Shown here: one piece after another, positions 59,978-64,000 of the stretch
Layout: every line of letters starts with the position of its first letter
Numbering within the stretch: position 1 is the first letter of the stretch
Source: Massalongia carnosa
Taxonomy: Eukaryota
DNA length: 64,000 nucleotides
NCBI GenBank assembly: GCA_965645245.1
Contig: OZ287076.1
Span: 992,001-1,056,000, forward strand
Direction of reading: 5' to 3'
The notes under the pieces: generated by a model
The model's input: the letters and a program-made list of their open reading frames with translations, nothing else
Told to the model about the DNA's origin: nothing
Database searches by the model: none
Translations under genes and position numbers: made by a program

Positions 59978-62900
59978 ATGGCTACAAATAGGCTTCTAGC
60001 GCCCCCAAATCTTGTCATGACTGCTGTAAGTTGCGTTGATGTTGATTTCGGCACCTTCGTGCTCACATGCGACAGCCCTACCTACCAGAACCCTCGCCCC
60101 CAGGGTTCGAGCTCCCTCCTTCAACGCCGACCACGCTTGATCCCCCCAGATTCTCGCTTCAGGTACCTTCTTCGCCCACCACGACTTCATTAGGAGGTGA
60201 CACACTTCGCTCGAGGGCCAATTCATTTAACTCAATTGCCAACACCGCCAGATCCAGGGCGTGTTCCGATGTTAAAACTGTACGCTCGAGATTTGAGGGG
60301 GACGACATGACCGCGGAGGATGCCTTGCGACCAGATAAAACGAATGAAAACGATTTCTTGGTAGATGACAATCCCTTTGCATTTTCGCCGGGCCAACTGA
60401 ACAAGATGCAAAATCCGAAATCTTTACCTACATATAAAGCTCTAGGCGGCATCAGGGGGTTGGAGAGAGGATTGAAGACCGATGTGGTGGCCGGATTAAG
60501 CGTGGATGAGACTTCAATACCTGATATGATTAATTTCGAGGAGGCGACGCAACCCGCCAAATTCAAGGAAACATTCGATGCGAAATCACCATCACCGAGG
60601 GGGATTCCGGGGGCCGGTCAGGACATTTCAGGACAGTATCACGACAGAAAACGAGTGTTCAAAGATAACCGACTGCCAGTCAAAAAACCACTATCGATAT
60701 GGAAATTATTCTGGAACGCGTTCAACGACCGAGTCCTCATAATTTTGACGGTGGTTGCATTGATTTCCCTCGTATTGGGGGTGTACGAAGCGGTAGGGAG
60801 AACAAGGCAACCAAACGAGCCGCCATCGTTGGATTGGGTGGAAGGATTAGCGATCGAGATAGCAGTGGTGATCGTGGTGCTCGTAACTGGCTTGACTGAT
60901 TACAGAAGAGAAAAGCAGTTCGCGGCGCTCAGCGCGAAGAAGGATGATCGACAAGTAAAAGCCATTCGCTCGGGGAAGTCTGTTCTAATCTCGGTCTACG
61001 ATATTGTGGTGGGAGACGTTCTTCACCTTGAATCGGGGGATGCAATCCCAGCAGACGGCATCTTAATAGACGGTCATGGAATCAGATGCGATGAGTCTTC
61101 CGCCACGGGAGAATCAGACGCGATGAAGAAAACCGGAGGCCATGAAGTCTGGATGCGAATCGTGCAAGAGACGGCAACGTCCAAGCATGATCCTTTTATT
61201 ATTTCCGGAAGCAAGGTCCTCGAAGGAGTCGGAACCTATCTCGTCACCTCGGTAGGCGTGAACAGTAGTTTCGGCAAGGTGATGATGTCTCTACAGGCTG
61301 AAAATGAAGATACGCCTTTGCAAATCAAGCTTGCGGGAATGGCCAATTGGATTGGATATCTTGGAACTGGCGCTGCTGGCCTGCTCTTCTTCATCCTCTT
61401 CATCCGGTTCCTTGCTGGACTTTCATCAAATACCGATATACCTGCCTTGAAAGGGTCGGCGTTCACAGATATCCTAATCGTTGCCATCACCATAATTGTG
61501 GTGGCTGTCCCTGAGGGACTCCCCGTAGCCGTTACCCTTGCGTTATCGTTTGCCACCAAGAAAATGCTCAAAGAAAATAACCTCGTCCGCCATCTCCGAG
61601 CGTGCGAGACCATGGGCAACGCAACAACCATATGCTCGGATAAGACCGGCACTCTAACGCAAAACCAAATGACTGTGGTAGCTGGCGTTCTTGGTACAAG
61701 CACTCATTTTGCGCGCGACGCCTTAACTAAAGACGACGATGCTAAGCTAATGACTTTTTCTGCCGCCTTTGAGAGCATATCGTCAAGCGTCAAGAATCTA
61801 ATGCTACAATCATCGGCTATCAATTCTACAGCATTCGAAGGAGAAGAAGATGGCAAGGCCACGTTCATCGGGTCCAAGACCGAGACAGCCATTCTAACCC
61901 TGGCAAAAGAACACCTTGGGATGGGACCCGTGGCTGAAGAACGCGCAGGAGTGGAAGTCGTCCAGCTTATACCCTTTGATTCTGACCGCAAATGCATGGG
62001 AATAGCAATTAGGCTCGCTTCCGGTGGATACAGGTTACTGGTCAAAGGAGCTGCCGAAATACTTCTTGCAAAGGCTTCGCGAAGTCTTGTCGATGTATCG
62101 AAGGAATCGCTGGAGGAGTGCCAACTCTCGGCTTCCTCGAGATATGATGTAGCGTTGCAAATTGAAGATTTTGCCTCCAACTCGCTGCGTACAATCGCCA
62201 TGCTGTACAAAGACTTTCAGCAATGGCCACCGGCAGGAGCTGATACCTTAAAGGGCGATGCTTCGATGGCTGTTTTTGAGGACGTTTTTGAAGACATGAC
62301 GTTTCTATGCGTTGTCGGTATCCAGGATCCCTTAAGAGATGGAGTCGCGCAAGCAGTCAAGAAATGCCAAGATGCAGGCGTTGTGGTGCGAATGGTCACC
62401 GGAGACAACGTCACGACAGCTAGTGCGATTGCGGCACAATGTGGCATCAAAACCCCCAACGGGCTGGTCATGGAAGGACCCAAGTTCCGGCAGATGTCTG
62501 ATGAGGAAATGGATGAAGCCCTGCCTCGACTTGAAGTTCTCGCTCGCTCTTCTCCAGACGACAAGCGCATTCTCGTCTCCAAGCTCAAACATCTCGGCGA
62601 AACGGTGGCAGTCACCGGCGATGGGACAAACGATGGCCCGGCGTTGAAAACTGCAGATGTGGGTTTCTCGATGGGAATCGCGGGCACCGAAGTCGCCAAA
62701 GAAGCCAGCGCTATCATCTTGTTAGACGACAACTTCTCCAGCATCGTCAGTGCCATTATGTGGGGACGATCAGTCAATGATGCCGTGGCGAAATTTCTCC
62801 AATTCCAAATCACCGTCAACATTACGGCCGTAGTCCTGGCCTTTGTCTCTGCCGTTTCATCCCCAGATTCTCATTCCGTCCTTTCAGCCGTCCAACTCCT

Positions 62901-63759
62901 CTGGGTCAACCTCATCATGGATACCTTCGCCGCACTCGCCCTCGCAACTGACACTCCAACCGAGAAGATTCTCGACCGAAAACCTACCCCCAAACGGGCC
63001 GCTCTCATTACCGTGAACATGTGGAAGATGATTATCGGCCAAGCCATCTACCAACTCGTTGTAACCTTCACGCTCTATTTCGCCGGCTACTCCATCCTCG
63101 GCTACAGCTCCCAGGTTGCGCATGCGGCCCCAGCAGCTCGTGACGAACTTGCCAAACTTTTACGCACAGAACTCAACACCATTGTCTTCAACACCTTTGT
63201 TTGGATGCAAATCTTCAACGAATTCAACAACCGCCGTCTCGACAATAAACTCAACATCTTCGAGGGCGTACACCGTAATTACTTCTTCATCGGCATCAAC
63301 GCCATCATGATTGGCGGGCAGATCATGATTATATTTTTTGGCGGCATGGCCTTTCAAATCCGTCGCATCGGCAGCACCCAATGGGCCATTTGCATTTGCT
63401 GCGCGCTTCCCTGTCTTCTCTGGGCCGTCATTCTCCGCTGCATCCCCGACAAATATGCCGTTGCACTCTTCACCTTTGCAACGAATCTCTACCTGGCAAT
63501 CGCTCGACCTATCATTCGATTCCTTTCCATAATACTTTCGCCCTTTGCCAGGGCCTGGAAAGCCGTTTCGACCGCCGTCCTTGCGCCGGTGAAACGCGCC
63601 TCCACACGGGCTGTCGACAGGCCGTTTAGGCGAAAATCAACCAATGATGAGCGCGAGGCTACGAAACATGCGGACGAAGAGGCTGGGGAGATGAGCGCGC
63701 AGATCTCGGCGGGGTTGCCAAGGCAGCCGCCGCCCATAATACTTACGACAGTTCCTTGA
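59978..63759 (+). CDS. PMC1: P-type IIB (PMCA-like) vacuolar Ca2+-ATPase
   Basis: DESSATGES, VPEGLP, CSDKTGTLT, KGAAE, MVTGDN, TGDGTNDGPAL and QLLWVNLIMD. Short first exon 59978-60025 and intron 60026-60075. Confidence 0.96.
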
Positions 63760-64000
63760 AATCTTAGTGTTAATATTATTTTTCACACCGGCGTTGGCTT
63801 GGACGTTTGGGGGGCGGGGGAAAAACTGGACCCCGTTTATTGGATTAGCTAGCGTTTTTGCATCTCGGGCATATATACTAGGTGACTCATTTCCATTGGT
63901 GGGTGGGTGGCTGGTTATCGCATTCAATACAGCATGGCTTGCATGGAACACGGCATTAGCGACGGCGCTGACAGAAAGCAACAAATGTTGGGATACGGGC

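Overview
Eukaryotic DNA from a filamentous ascomycete (Pezizomycotina-type short GT-AG introns with CTRAY branch points). Host genes in order: ABC1/UbiB kinase (running off the left edge), palI, VPS21/Rab5, ARC15, RPS7, dynactin p62, a stand-alone A-T-R NRPS-like reductase, NDUFAF5, CAB2, a Zn2Cys6 transcription factor, AIM11, an FWD-1/beta-TrCP-like F-box-WD40 gene and the Ca2+-ATPase PMC1. Four TA-flanked Tc1/mariner-pogo elements have both ends visible (1484-3612, 11746-13692 with an intact transposase, 39204-41785, 50589-52954). A ~13 kb nested mobile-DNA island (1484-~14900) lies between the divergent ABC1 and palI genes. It also holds a decayed CACTA/Plavaka-like transposase, a SNF2-type helicase remnant, orphan genes, a Crypton tyrosine recombinase and a Fot1 fragment. 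Best leads: (i) a possible recombinase-led, cargo-carrying element; (ii) a shared hairpin-plus-direct-repeat architecture in the long TIRs of three divergent Fot1-like elements; (iii) an apparently spliced transcript encoding a 20-aa microprotein (MGRGAYDTTGVPKPQPPKPR) that the ORF track misses. All family assignments come from motif recognition by eye; no searches were run.
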